64,000 nucleotides of DNA, from the NCBI GenBank assembly GCA_046160675.1, contig JBJXHH010000117.1, positions 11 to 64,010 on the forward strand. Reading direction: 5' to 3'. The position numbers and the translations under genes are program-made. The notes under the pieces were generated by a model, which worked only from the letters and a program-made list of their open reading frames with translations, was not told where the DNA came from and searched no databases. Source of the stretch: Chitinophagales bacterium. Its GTDB lineage: Bacteria; Bacteroidota; Bacteroidia; Chitinophagales; BACL12. Positions 36,497-46,319 of the stretch are shown here, one piece after another. Position 1 is the first letter of the stretch. Each line of letters begins with the position of its first letter.

Positions 36497-38497
36497 GTGT
36501 CAAACTTGCAGAGGGTTGTTGTTTCATTTACAGCCTTTTGTTTTTTATGTGCGGGTAGCTATGCACAGGAAATTACCTGGGCAAATAAAGTTGAATCTTT
36601 TTCTTCCCAGAAAAGTGAAACCGTTTTTTCTGTAAATCAAATTCTCGGCAGCCCAAGCAATTACCCGAATGTAGGATTCTCCCCGGCCGCCTGGATGCCA
36701 GATACTGAAAAGGATTTACCGGGAGAATTTATAAAAGTAACTTTTGATAAGCCTGTTAAAGCAAAGCAAGTGATTATTGTAGAAAATTATTACCCGGGCA
36801 ATATTCAAAGAATTTTTTTGTTCGATTCCCTGGATAGAAAATATCTTGTATACAATAACACTACAGAACAATCTACTTCTGCCGAAGGTAAATTATTCGT
36901 AACAAGCCTTACTCCTACCAAGTTTCGTGTGCATGCTCTGCGGGTTGAATTTGCAAAAATTTCTACCGGGAATTTGTACCAGATAGACGCAATAGGCATT
37001 ACTTCCTCCACCGGAATACCGGACCTTTCTGTTCCAGTAGCAGTAGGATCTGATACAATCCAGGTTCAAAGGCTTACCACTAGTGTAAACTCTGCAATTG
37101 ACGAAGTGTACCCTGTTATATCGCCGGATGGGAAAACCCTTTATTTCGACAGAAAAAATCACCCCGAGAATCTGGGGTTTAAGAAAAATGATGATATCTG
37201 GAAAAGCAGTATTCTTCCTGATAATACTTTTACTGATGCGAAAAACCTGGGTTCACCGCTCAATGATGAGAATCCGAATTTTATCTGCAGTATTTCTCCC
37301 GATGGGAATACTGCCCTTCTTGGAAATGTCTTTCTAAACGATGGAACCGTTCATCCTGGTATTTCCATTTCTCAAAAAACAGATGCGGGCTGGTCAAAAC
37401 CAATAGCGCAAACGATTGAAGGTTTTTATAACTCAGGTTCCTTTAATGAATATTGTTTATCTAACGATGGCAACATACTCATCATGACAGTAAATATGAG
37501 CGATACCCATGGCGACAGAGATATCTATGTAAGTTTCAAAACAGGAAAAAATTACTGGAGTGCTCCAAAAAATCTCGGCAAAAAAATAAATTCAGCAAAT
37601 GAAGAACTCAGCCCCTTTCTAGCCGCTGATAACAAAACACTTTACTTCTCCAGCAACGGCAGAGCAGGATTCGGCTCACATGATATTTACATGAGTAAAA
37701 GAACCGGTAACAATTGGACAAACTGGACAGAACCCATCAACCTTGGAAATAAAATAAACTCCGCTGACTGGGATGCTTATTATACGATTGATGCAAAAGG
37801 CACTTACGCATACCTCTGCTCAAATAGAGATGCAAAAAACAATGTTGATATTTACAGGATACGCATGCCGCAAGAGTTACAGCCCGACACCATGCTCGCC
37901 ATCTCAGGAAGAATCATTGACAGGTCAACAGGCAAAATGATGAGTGCAGAAGTATTGTATTTTTCTGCCCCCAATAATATAAGCGGAGTTTCTACTACTA
38001 CAAGTTCTTCAGGATATTTATTTTATATAAAACCGGGTGATACTTTACAACTTACTATCACCAGTGAAAATCATTATGTTTCTACTGCCAAAATCGGCCC
38101 GCTGAAAAAAGATGCCGTTTATGATTTTGAATTAATACCCATGACAGAGGGTGTAATCATTGAAATGCGCAATATCTTGTTCAATGCAAACAGTTCTGTA
38201 TTGCTTGATTCATCTTACACGGAGTTGAATAAAATAAAATCTTTCCTGTTAGACAATCCCGGTATTTCTATTGAAGTGCGGGGGCATACAAATGGTTTAT
38301 GCAACGATGATTTTTGTAATGCCCTTTCAGGGCGCAGGGCAAAATCTGTTGCAGAATATTTCATTCAGTCCGGCATTCAAGCTGCAAGAATTACATCTAA
38401 AGGTTACGGAAAAACAATTCCGGTTGCAGATAATGAAACACCCGAAGGAAGACAAAAAAATCAGAGGGTAGAATTTATGATCACAAAAGCAGAATGA
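36497..38497 (+). CDS. Paralogous OmpA-family protein with the same architecture and a non-ATG start
   Basis: The ORF-track start 36371 lies inside the upstream gene. The signal peptide (M)SNLQRVVVSFTAFCFLCAGSYAQ begins at GTG 36497 (TTG 36506 is an alternative), and there is no in-frame ATG. It shares runs with its neighbour: DIYVSF, WSAPKNLGKKIN and TPEGRQKNQRVE. Confidence 0.8.
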   Translation: MSNLQRVVVSFTAFCFLCAGSYAQEITWANKVESFSSQKSETVFSVNQILGSPSNYPNVGFSPAAWMPDTEKDLPGEFIKVTFDKPVKAKQVIIVENYYPGNIQRIFLFDSLDRKYLVYNNTTEQSTSAEGKLFVTSLTPTKFRVHALRVEFAKISTGNLYQIDAIGITSSTGIPDLSVPVAVGSDTIQVQRLTTSVNSAIDEVYPVISPDGKTLYFDRKNHPENLGFKKNDDIWKSSILPDNTFTDAKNLGSPLNDENPNFICSISPDGNTALLGNVFLNDGTVHPGISISQKTDAGWSKPIAQTIEGFYNSGSFNEYCLSNDGNILIMTVNMSDTHGDRDIYVSFKTGKNYWSAPKNLGKKINSANEELSPFLAADNKTLYFSSNGRAGFGSHDIYMSKRTGNNWTNWTEPINLGNKINSADWDAYYTIDAKGTYAYLCSNRDAKNNVDIYRIRMPQELQPDTMLAISGRIIDRSTGKMMSAEVLYFSAPNNISGVSTTTSSSGYLFYIKPGDTLQLTITSENHYVSTAKIGPLKKDAVYDFELIPMTEGVIIEMRNILFNANSSVLLDSSYTELNKIKSFLLDNPGISIEVRGHTNGLCNDDFCNALSGRRAKSVAEYFIQSGIQAARITSKGYGKTIPVADNETPEGRQKNQRVEFMITKAE

Positions 38498-38920
38498 TCA
38501 GTGCATCAGATCCCAGTGATATACCCGCACAATATCTTTGTTTGTAATTATCCCTTTTATCATCCCATCCTGCTCAACAATTAACGCCTGAAATTTTCCT
38601 GCAGCAAGCTTATCAAGAATTTCGATCAGAGGCGTATCAGGCGATACTGAAACAGGATTGGCAGTCATCACTTTTTCAATGCTGAAGGCTGCGCCGATCT
38701 TTTCTGCATCTTGAGTTACGCCTGTTAAAATCAGCTTGTTTAAAAACCGCAACATATCATTTACGCTGATAATTCCTAACACTTTTTCACCATCAGTTAC
38801 CGGGAGATGTTGTACATGATACTGTGTAAACAATTCCATCACCTGCTGAAATGTGTTCCTAAAATTTGCAACAATTACTTTTTCGGTCATTATGCCCTGG
38901 GCAAGTATTTTCTTTGACAT
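38498..38920 (-). CDS. CBS-domain pair protein
   Basis: 140 aa with two CBS-like units (IMTEKVIVA..........HLPVTDGEKVLGIISVNDM and VMTANPVSVSPDT....I........ALIVEQDGMIKGIITNKDI). Its stop abuts the convergent OmpA-gene stop with no spacer. Confidence 0.85.
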   Translation of the reverse strand: MSKKILAQGIMTEKVIVANFRNTFQQVMELFTQYHVQHLPVTDGEKVLGIISVNDMLRFLNKLILTGVTQDAEKIGAAFSIEKVMTANPVSVSPDTPLIEILDKLAAGKFQALIVEQDGMIKGIITNKDIVRVYHWDLMH

Positions 38921-38938
38921 AAACTTTTAATTTTTTTG

Positions 38939-38946
38939 CAAATATA
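38939..38946 (-). promoter_or_regulatory. Candidate -7 box TATATTTG for the CBS gene
   Basis: Exact TAnnTTTG match, 18 nt upstream of ATG 38920. Confidence 0.4.
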
Positions 38947-39072
38947 TGCCCAATGCAACTTTTTCCGATTGACTTTTATCATCCTCTTTACTGATATTTC
39001 ATTTCGTTTCTCTGTAAACAGGCGAAACGGGTGAGTTACAAAGAAACAGTATCTTCGCAAAAACGAATTCTC

Positions 39073-40290
39073 ATGCCCAGGTTAGCCGACCGAATATTAT
39101 ATCTCGATGAATCTGCCACCATCCGCATGGCACAACTATCTCGTGAGTTAAAAAATCAAGGTAAAGACATTATTGATCTGAGCCTTGGCGAACCTGACTT
39201 TAATACCCCCGAAAATATTCGTGAAGCTGCAAAAAAAGCAATTGATGAAGGATACACACATTACACACCTGTAGCTGGTTACCTAGATGTGAGGGAAGCC
39301 ATCAGTAAAAAATTTCTTCGAGATAACAACTTGCATTATACTCCAGATCAAATAGTTGTTTCAACTGGCGCAAAACAAAGTATAATAAATGCTGTGCTTT
39401 GTTTAGTTAACCCAGGAGATGAAGTGATATTGCCTACACCCTATTGGGTGAGTTATCATGCGATGGTAAAACTTGCAGGCGGTATAGTAGTTACCATTCC
39501 TACTACAATAGAAAATGATTTTAAGATTACCCCCGAACAATTAGAAAAAGCAATTACAAAAAGAACTAAGCTTCTCATATACTCTTCCCCCTGCAACCCA
39601 ACGGGAACCGTTTACAGTAAAAATGAACTGCATAGCCTTGCAGAAGTTGTTGCTAAACATGATGCAGTCTTCATCATTAGCGATGAAATATATGAACACA
39701 TTAACTTCAGTGGCAAACATGAAAGCCTGGCTCAGTTTTCTTTCATTTACGACAGGGTGATAACTGTGAACGGCCTTTCAAAAGCTTATGCCATGACTGG
39801 CTGGCGATTAGGTTATTTAGGCGCACCTGTAGAAATTGCAAAAGCATGCGATAAAATACAAGGGCAATTTACATCAGCAGCAAACAGTATAACGCAAAGG
39901 GCAACTATCACCGCATTACTTGATAAACAGGATGCGCCGGAAGAAATGCTACATTCATTTCTGCGCAGAAGAGACCTTGTACTGGAGGGTTTGAAAAAAA
40001 TCGATGGGCTAAAGTTCAATGTTCCGCAGGGCGCATTTTATTTTTTTCCTGATGTAAGTAATTATTTCGGAAGGTCATTCGGAGAGTATACAATTCATAA
40101 TGCTGATGATCTTTGTATGTATCTTATTTATGAAGCAGGATTATCTGTTGTAACAGGCTCTGCTTTCGGCGATTCAAATTGTATACGTATCAGTTATGCT
40201 ACAAGTGATGAAAAATTAACAGAAGCACTGAAACGTCTGGAAACTGCATTAGAAAAGTTACAAATTCCATCTTCAGTCATTTCCAATTGA
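39073..40290 (+). CDS. Class I PLP-dependent aminotransferase (aspartate aminotransferase-like)
   Basis: Trimmed to ATG 39073 (MPRLADRILYLDESATIRM). The pattern is IDLSLGEPDFNTP...YT...G...LREAI...SSPCNPTG.VY....L......ISDEIYEHI...NGLSKAYAMTGWRLGY, with the PLP Lys in SKAY. Confidence 0.88.
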   Translation: MPRLADRILYLDESATIRMAQLSRELKNQGKDIIDLSLGEPDFNTPENIREAAKKAIDEGYTHYTPVAGYLDVREAISKKFLRDNNLHYTPDQIVVSTGAKQSIINAVLCLVNPGDEVILPTPYWVSYHAMVKLAGGIVVTIPTTIENDFKITPEQLEKAITKRTKLLIYSSPCNPTGTVYSKNELHSLAEVVAKHDAVFIISDEIYEHINFSGKHESLAQFSFIYDRVITVNGLSKAYAMTGWRLGYLGAPVEIAKACDKIQGQFTSAANSITQRATITALLDKQDAPEEMLHSFLRRRDLVLEGLKKIDGLKFNVPQGAFYFFPDVSNYFGRSFGEYTIHNADDLCMYLIYEAGLSVVTGSAFGDSNCIRISYATSDEKLTEALKRLETALEKLQIPSSVISN

Positions 40291-41282
40291 ACAGCAAAGC
40301 AGAAATAAAAAAATTGTTTGACAAGTTCGCATCGCTGAAGGTAGTAATCGTTGGTGATGTGATGCTGGATAATTATGTGCACGGAAATGTTGACAGGATT
40401 TCACCTGAAGCACCTGTGCCTGTTGTGCGGGTGGAGAAAAAAGAAACGAGGCTTGGTGGCGCTGCCAATGTAGCCATGAATATTCAGAGCCTGGGCGCAA
40501 AGCCCCTGCTGGTAAGTATTACAGGCGATGATACTGACGGGAAACTCCTTGCAACCTTGCTGGAACAAAACCGTATTGACAATTCTTTTATAGTTTCTGA
40601 TTCTTCAAGGATCACAACTTCAAAAACAAGGATCATTGCAAAAAACAATCAAATGCTGCGGCTAGATGATGAGTCTCACCATGAAATAGATGAGACAGTT
40701 GCGGAGATTGTGATGCTGCGCATTCAAACACTGCTTGAAAATGAACAACCTGATATTCTCATTTTTGAAGATTATAATAAAGGTTTGCTCACAGAGAAAC
40801 TGATCAGGGAAGTCACCATGAACTGCCTGAATAAAAATATACCTGTTGCAGTTGATCCCAAGAAACAAAACTTTTTTGCTTTCCAGCTTTGTACTTTGTT
40901 TAAACCCAATGTAAGAGAGATACAGGAAAGCCTCGCACAACATGTTGACAGCAGCGATATCAATTCGCTAAATGCAGTTACGTCTGCAATGCACAAAAAA
41001 ATACATCACGGCATTACTTTGCTTACCCTGGGGGATAAAGGAATTTACCTCAAAGCGGGTAAAGAAGTGATAACAAAAGCTGCACATGTAAGAAACGTTG
41101 CCGATGTTTCAGGCGCAGGCGACACAGTGATAAGTGTTGCAGCATTATGTCTCGCTGCGAAAACAAGCCTTGATACGCTTGCTGCTTTATCAAACATAGC
41201 GGGAGGTATTGTTTGTGAGTATCCTGGAGTTGTGCCGATTGACAGGGAAAGGTTGATGGAGGAAGCATTCGAGATGATATAA
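40287..41282 (+). CDS. D-glycero-beta-D-manno-heptose-7-phosphate kinase (RfaE domain I, PfkB family); kinase domain only
   Basis: The TTG start overlaps the upstream stop (TTGA). KVVIVGDVMLDNYVHGNVDRISPEAPVPVVRVEKKETRLGGAANVAMNIQSLGA and the C-terminal DVSGAGDTVISV are typical of this family. Confidence 0.8.
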   Translation: MNSKAEIKKLFDKFASLKVVIVGDVMLDNYVHGNVDRISPEAPVPVVRVEKKETRLGGAANVAMNIQSLGAKPLLVSITGDDTDGKLLATLLEQNRIDNSFIVSDSSRITTSKTRIIAKNNQMLRLDDESHHEIDETVAEIVMLRIQTLLENEQPDILIFEDYNKGLLTEKLIREVTMNCLNKNIPVAVDPKKQNFFAFQLCTLFKPNVREIQESLAQHVDSSDINSLNAVTSAMHKKIHHGITLLTLGDKGIYLKAGKEVITKAAHVRNVADVSGAGDTVISVAALCLAAKTSLDTLAALSNIAGGIVCEYPGVVPIDRERLMEEAFEMI

Positions 41283-41435
41283 AGTTGAATGCTTTAGGTT
41301 GGCTGGTTTCCTACCCAAGACTCCAAGGGTAAAGTAGGAGTGACAGCAGGTTTCATTGCTCATTTTCGAAAAAGTATTTTTATCTTTTGATACAATTTAG
41401 ACATTATGCTAGTGCAAGTGTCAAAATTTTTTTTA

Positions 41436-42692
41436 TCATTTCGCCCTGATGGCTACAACGGGATCCATTCTTGATGCGCTAATAGCGGGTATGATGCCGG
41501 CAATTACTCCAAGAAAAGTTGCGATGCTGACACCGATGATAATGTTTTTGAGGGAAAGGAGAAATTTAAAATCTACTGCTGCATTTGCTGCAAAGGTGAT
41601 GAGCCATACAAGCAGCAAACCCAAAGCACAACCTATAAGAGATAGAATGATGGACTCCAGCAGAAACTCAAATAAGATCAAACTGCTTTTTGCTCCGATG
41701 GCCTTTTTTATGCCGATGATATTGGTTCTTTCTTTCACACTCACAAACATAATGTTTGCAATGCCGAAGCCGCCAACCAGGCAGCTGAAAAAACCGACAA
41801 TTAAACCAACAAGGTTTACTACTACGAACATTTGATCAAATGCATTTGCAATAAGAGTAACCTGGTTAATAGCGAAATCATTGTCTTCTCTCGGGCTTAA
41901 GCGCCTTGCGTTGCGTAGAATGGGGGCAATGTCATCCATTACTTCTGCGGCTGATACACCGGGTTTTGGTTTCACTTCAATCACCGGGTCTATGTTGGGT
42001 GCATTCATATCCATTGTTCGGCGGGCATAATTAAAAGGGATAAGAATATTTTTATCGTTTGAAATATCTATTAAACTCTCTCCTTCTTTTTCCAACACCC
42101 CGATTACTTTCAGTTTATTCCCCAGCACCCAGATAAATTTTCCTACAGCATTTCGCCCGTCGGGAAAAAGGTTGGTGTATACATCATGCCCAAGTATTGC
42201 TACCGCGGCTCCTCCAGCAGATTCCATGGTGGCAAAATAGCGCCCGTCTTTAAACAAGAGTGTGTAAATTTTATCATAGTGTTCAGTTACTGCACTCACA
42301 GTAGCATTCTTTGCTACATTCTCTTCGTATTTTACTTCCCTGCTTTGAAACCAGTTTTCCATAGCGACTGCCTGTGCAGTGGTGAGTCGTTCTTCCAGGA
42401 GTTTATATTCTTCATACTTCATAGTGGGACGCTTCAAATAATCCCACCAGGCATATTCTTCATTATTAAACTGCCAGGGCCAACGCTGTACGTATAACAT
42501 GTCGCTACCGAGTTTTGCAACTCCTGAGTCAATGTTTTTCTTGAGGGAATCAACAGCACTTAACACTGAAATGATGCAGAAAATGCCGATGGTAACACCC
42601 AGAAGGGATAAAAATGTGCGCAGTTTGTTATTTCTCAACTCCTGGAAAACAAGGAACAAGGTTTCCTGAATGATTCGAAGAAGAATACGCAT
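41436..42692 (-). CDS. ABC transporter permease (MacB-like periplasmic core plus FtsX domain)
   Basis: 418 aa. The N-terminal TM helix (LRTFLSLLGVTIGIFCIISVLS) is followed by a large periplasmic domain and a C-terminal FtsX-type 3-TM bundle (ERTNIIGIKKAIGAKSS). Confidence 0.88.
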   Translation of the reverse strand: MRILLRIIQETLFLVFQELRNNKLRTFLSLLGVTIGIFCIISVLSAVDSLKKNIDSGVAKLGSDMLYVQRWPWQFNNEEYAWWDYLKRPTMKYEEYKLLEERLTTAQAVAMENWFQSREVKYEENVAKNATVSAVTEHYDKIYTLLFKDGRYFATMESAGGAAVAILGHDVYTNLFPDGRNAVGKFIWVLGNKLKVIGVLEKEGESLIDISNDKNILIPFNYARRTMDMNAPNIDPVIEVKPKPGVSAAEVMDDIAPILRNARRLSPREDNDFAINQVTLIANAFDQMFVVVNLVGLIVGFFSCLVGGFGIANIMFVSVKERTNIIGIKKAIGAKSSLILFEFLLESIILSLIGCALGLLLVWLITFAANAAVDFKFLLSLKNIIIGVSIATFLGVIAGIIPAISASRMDPVVAIRAK

Positions 42693-42700
42693 AATGTTAA

Positions 42701-42708
42701 CAAAGGTA
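42701..42708 (-). promoter_or_regulatory. Candidate -7 box TACCTTTG, 8 nt before the permease ATG
   Basis: Exact TAnnTTTG match on the minus strand. The sequence reads TACCTTTG-TTAACATT-ATG. Confidence 0.35.
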
Positions 42709-42749
42709 TAGCAGTTTCAAAGATACTATTAAATACGCCCCTGTATTGT

Positions 42750-42757
42750 TAATTTTG
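42750..42757 (+). promoter_or_regulatory. Candidate -7 box TAATTTTG for queA
   Basis: Exact TAnnTTTG match, 31 nt upstream of ATG 42789. Confidence 0.35.
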
Positions 42758-42788
42758 CAGGCTTCTTTAAAAACTGACTAACGCAAAT

Positions 42789-43838
42789 ATGAAATTATCC
42801 AAATTCAATTTTGAACTTCCAAAAGACATTGTTGCTCAAAACCCCTCAAAAGACAGAGATGGCAGCAAGCTGATGGTGGTTCACAGGAAAACAGGCAAAA
42901 TAGAACACAAACGATTCAGAAATATCATTGATTATTTTAGCGAGGGTGATGTAATGGTTTTGAACAATACGAAGGTTTTTTCAGCCCGCCTGTATGGGCG
43001 GAAAGAAAAAACCGGCGCTAAAATAGAAGTGTTCATGCTGCGGGAATTGAATTCTGAAATGCATTTGTGGGATGTGCTTGTAGACCCGGCAAGGAAGATC
43101 AGGGTAGGAAATAAACTCTATTTTGGTGAGAATGACGACCTTGTAGCTGAAGTAGTGGATAACACAACTTCCAGGGGTAGGACCATTCGTTTTTTGCATG
43201 ACGGTACCAGCGATGAGCTTCGCAATATGCTCGAAATTTTAGGAGAAACACCCCTGCCTAAATACATCAAAAGGAAACCAACGGAAGATGACAAGGAACG
43301 TTATCAGACAGTGTTTGCAAAGCACATCGGAGCTGTAGCGGCGCCCACTGCGGGTATGCATTTTAGCCGTGAACTTATGAAGAGGCTGGAGATAAAGGGG
43401 ATCAACTTTGCTGAATTAACCCTGCATGTTGGGCTAGGCACTTTCAGAACTATTGATGTGGAAGATCTTTCAAAACACAAGATGGACGCTGAATACGTAA
43501 AAATTGACCAGAAATGCTGCACAGTAGTGAACAAAGGGATGGACGCCGGTAAGAGAATTTGCGCCATTGGTACTACCAGTATGAGAGCCTGCGAAACCGC
43601 AGTGAATGCGAACAGCCGCCTGAAGCCTGAAGAAGGCTGGACAAACCTGTTTATTCATCCGCCTTATGAGTTTTCTATATGTGATTCATTAGTTACAAAT
43701 TTCCATCTACCCAAAACCAGTCTTGTAATATTGGTAGCGGCATTCGCCGGTTTTGACCTTACAATGGAAGCCTATAAAGTTGCTATGAAAGAGAAATACA
43801 AGTTTTACAGCTACGGCGACGCCATGTTGATTATTTAA
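42789..43838 (+). CDS. queA: S-adenosylmethionine:tRNA ribosyltransferase-isomerase
   Basis: 349 aa. [31 protein letters not shown]...[12 protein letters not shown]....GAKIEVF.L...YQTV.A...[12 protein letters not shown]....GTTS.R..E is the canonical QueA pattern. Confidence 0.93.
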   Translation: MKLSKFNFELPKDIVAQNPSKDRDGSKLMVVHRKTGKIEHKRFRNIIDYFSEGDVMVLNNTKVFSARLYGRKEKTGAKIEVFMLRELNSEMHLWDVLVDPARKIRVGNKLYFGENDDLVAEVVDNTTSRGRTIRFLHDGTSDELRNMLEILGETPLPKYIKRKPTEDDKERYQTVFAKHIGAVAAPTAGMHFSRELMKRLEIKGINFAELTLHVGLGTFRTIDVEDLSKHKMDAEYVKIDQKCCTVVNKGMDAGKRICAIGTTSMRACETAVNANSRLKPEEGWTNLFIHPPYEFSICDSLVTNFHLPKTSLVILVAAFAGFDLTMEAYKVAMKEKYKFYSYGDAMLII

Positions 43839-43869
43839 CCAACTGTTTTCAGCGAATTAAAGCTTTTCA

Positions 43870-43907
43870 AATAAAAAAGCCCTGCAATTGCAGGGCTTTC
43901 CTTTATA
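43870..43907. terminator. Bidirectional rho-independent terminator between queA and the DUF2795 gene
   Basis: A perfect 20-nt palindrome AGCCCTGCA|ATTGCAGGGCT (43878-43897) is flanked by an A-run upstream and a T-rich run downstream. Confidence 0.75.
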
Positions 43908-43922
43908 TTTTTTTCCTTGGCA

Positions 43923-44144
43923 TTAGTATTCATCCTCGTTGAAGAAAAAATCATCATGTGTAGGATAATCACTCCAGATATCATCAATACCTTCATAAAA
44001 TTCGCCCTCATCGTCCAGTTCCTGTAGGTTCTCAACCACTTCAATGGGAGCGCCCGAGCGGATGGCGTAGTCAATTAATTCGTCCTTCGTTGCAGGCCAG
44101 GGGGCTTCTTCAAGGTAAGATGCTAGTTCAAGTGTCCAATACAT
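43923..44144 (-). CDS. DUF2795 domain protein
   Basis: Trimmed to ATG 44144 (73 aa). A -7 box inside the longer GTG-started ORF supports this start. The pattern is YLEEAPWPATKDELIDYAIRSGAPIEVVENLQEL. Confidence 0.7.
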   Translation of the reverse strand: MYWTLELASYLEEAPWPATKDELIDYAIRSGAPIEVVENLQELDDEGEFYEGIDDIWSDYPTHDDFFFNEDEY

Positions 44145-44176
44145 ACTGTACTTTATTGCGTTTTTGAATCGGGGTG

Positions 44177-44184
44177 CAAAAATA
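44177..44184 (-). promoter_or_regulatory. Candidate -7 box TATTTTTG for the DUF2795 gene
   Basis: Exact TAnnTTTG match, 32 nt upstream of ATG 44144. Confidence 0.35.
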
Positions 44185-44256
44185 GATTTTTTTTCCACTT
44201 TTGCAAGAGAAAGTTTTCACAAAATGTGTTCAACTTTTTTGGGAAGATTTCCAGGA

Positions 44257-44814
44257 CTATTTCTTAGTTGCATTGGGCTTCCAGGGAATTTCCTCAATAT
44301 CCAGTTCCAGAGAAAGTTTGCGGGAGAGCATAAACAGGTAATCACTCAGTCGGTTGAGGTACTTTATCACAATAGGTTCCACCTGGTCCTGCTCAGAAAG
44401 CAGAGAAACCACCCTCTCAGCCCTGCGGCAAACCACCCTTGCTAAGTGGCAATAAGATACAATCGTGTGCCCGCCGGGGAGGATAAAATTTTTCAATGGT
44501 GGAACCAGGGCATCAATTTCGTCAATAGCAATTTCCAGTGCGATAACTTCTGCTTCTGTTATGTCGGGTAATTGCATCTTACTTTTTTCAGGGTCGCTGG
44601 CAAGATGGGAACCGATTACAAATAACTGGTTTTGCAAGCTGCGCAAAAATTTGATAGTGACTATATCTATATCCTGGTCAGCAATGAGGCCGATACATAC
44701 ATTCAGTTCATCCACAGTTCCATAGGCTTCAACCCGAATGTGGTGTTTCGGTACTTTTGTTCCTCCTATCAAAGATGTTTTTCCCGCATCCCCTGTTTTT
44801 GTATAGATTTTCAT
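44257..44814 (-). CDS. PduO-type ATP:cob(I)alamin adenosyltransferase
   Basis: Trimmed to ATG 44814. MKIYTKTGDAGKTSLIGGTKVPKHHIRVEAYGTVDELN is the canonical N-terminus, and RAERR-type helix regions follow. Confidence 0.88.
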   Translation of the reverse strand: MKIYTKTGDAGKTSLIGGTKVPKHHIRVEAYGTVDELNVCIGLIADQDIDIVTIKFLRSLQNQLFVIGSHLASDPEKSKMQLPDITEAEVIALEIAIDEIDALVPPLKNFILPGGHTIVSYCHLARVVCRRAERVVSLLSEQDQVEPIVIKYLNRLSDYLFMLSRKLSLELDIEEIPWKPNATKK

Positions 44815-44818
44815 GCGG

Positions 44819-44826
44819 CAAAGGTA
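44819..44826 (-). promoter_or_regulatory. Candidate -7 box TACCTTTG, 4 nt before ATG 44814 (leaderless-type spacing)
   Basis: The minus strand reads TACCTTTG-CCGC-ATG. The box lies inside the longer ORF-track extension, which supports the short start. Confidence 0.4.
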
Positions 44827-44865
44827 AAAGTTAATTTTTCGATCTTTACGAATTAAAGAACAACG

Positions 44866-45804
44866 ATGAGTGAAAATGGGATACGCTGTTGTGTCTGCGG
44901 AAATTCTGGAAAAACAAATTTCTCCCTCTTTTACGAAAAGCCCGGATATCATGTGATGCAATGTGCGGTTTGTTCATTTGTATTTGTACCAACCTACTAC
45001 AGGGAATCAATTTCTTATACTGATTATAAAGATGCAAAAGTTGCAGACCAGGTAAAAAAGGGAAACAACTGGATAAAAATTCAGAGGCATCTGCTGCGTT
45101 TTGATTTAATAAAAAAATATAAAAAGCAGGGAAAGGTATTTGATCTCGGCGCAGGCTGGGGGCATTTTTTATTGGCCGGAAAACAACTTGGTTATGATGT
45201 GTACGGAATTGAACTCAGCGAACAACCTGCATTATACGCCAAAAATGAACTTGGATTACCCATTGACAGGCTTGATTTTTTTGCAATGAATGATGCAAAA
45301 AAGTTTGACATTATTACTTTGTGGGATGTTCTTGAACATATTGATGAAGCCGACAAAGTGATTGAGAAATGCAACACCCTGCTGGCAGAAGATGGCCTAA
45401 TTGTTATCCAGGTTCCGCAGATTGACAGTTTTATGTCGAAGCGTTTTAAAGAAACATGGAAGATGGTTTCCCTCGATCATGTGAATTATTTTTCTTCAAA
45501 AACATTACCCAGGTTGTTAAAAGCGAAAGGTTTTGAAGTACAAGAAATGAGATCGTCAATAGAATTAAAACTTTTCCTGATGTACACAGTTTTACCTTTT
45601 TTCAGGAAAGTTTTTCCGAAAAAGAAAAAAGCTAACTCTGGCATTCAGCCTACCTCTGCCGAAAGGCAGGAATTTTTTAATAAATTCACAAATGTCCCCC
45701 ATTGGGTACTTTGGATTTTTGTGAGGGTACATAATGCAGTTTATAAAACACTTTCTTTCTTCAGGATAGGAGAAGAGATGATCGTAGTTGCTAAGAAAAA
45801 ATAA
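44866..45804 (+). CDS. Class I SAM-dependent methyltransferase with an N-terminal zinc-ribbon-like CxxC...CxxC
   Basis: The Cys pairs are CCVCGNSG...MQCAVCSF. Motif I is KVFDLGAGWGHFLL, and DIITLWDVLEHI is also present. Confidence 0.8.
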   Translation: MSENGIRCCVCGNSGKTNFSLFYEKPGYHVMQCAVCSFVFVPTYYRESISYTDYKDAKVADQVKKGNNWIKIQRHLLRFDLIKKYKKQGKVFDLGAGWGHFLLAGKQLGYDVYGIELSEQPALYAKNELGLPIDRLDFFAMNDAKKFDIITLWDVLEHIDEADKVIEKCNTLLAEDGLIVIQVPQIDSFMSKRFKETWKMVSLDHVNYFSSKTLPRLLKAKGFEVQEMRSSIELKLFLMYTVLPFFRKVFPKKKKANSGIQPTSAERQEFFNKFTNVPHWVLWIFVRVHNAVYKTLSFFRIGEEMIVVAKKK

Positions 45805-46310
45805 TGAACATAATCCTCGAAGAATATACGCCCTCATGGGCAAGTATGTTTTCTGATGAAAAAGAAAAATTCCTTACACTATTCAATGAGTCTGCTATTA
45901 TTGAACATATTGGCAGTACTGCTGTAGAGGGGCTCATTGCAAAACCTGTGATAGATATCATGATCGGATTAGAAAATTTTGCACAGGCAAACTCCACTAT
46001 TTCTCTACTTCAAAATTTAGACTACATCTATGTTTCAGAATATGAAAAGACAATGCCTTACAGGCGATTCTTCACAAAAGAAAAGATGGGAAAAAGAACT
46101 CATCAAATTCACATGGTTGCCTTTGCCTCAGAATTTTGGAAAAGGCATCTTGCATTCCGAGACTACCTGCGAACGCATGAAGACGTAAGAAATGAATACG
46201 CTGCACTAAAAAAGAAACTTACCCTCGAAAATTGGATAGATGGAAATGCGTATGCAGATGCGAAAACAGAATTTATCAGAAGGATCGAACAAATTGCTTT
46301 ATCAAAATAG
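45804..46310 (+). CDS. GrpB-family protein (UPF0157)
   Basis: IEHIGSTAVEGLIAKPVIDIMIG...HQIHMV......W..HLAFRDYLR.H......Y..LK. The start overlaps the upstream stop (TAATG). Confidence 0.8.
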   Translation: MNIILEEYTPSWASMFSDEKEKFLTLFNESAIIEHIGSTAVEGLIAKPVIDIMIGLENFAQANSTISLLQNLDYIYVSEYEKTMPYRRFFTKEKMGKRTHQIHMVAFASEFWKRHLAFRDYLRTHEDVRNEYAALKKKLTLENWIDGNAYADAKTEFIRRIEQIALSK

Positions 46311-46319
46311 ATAAATTTT

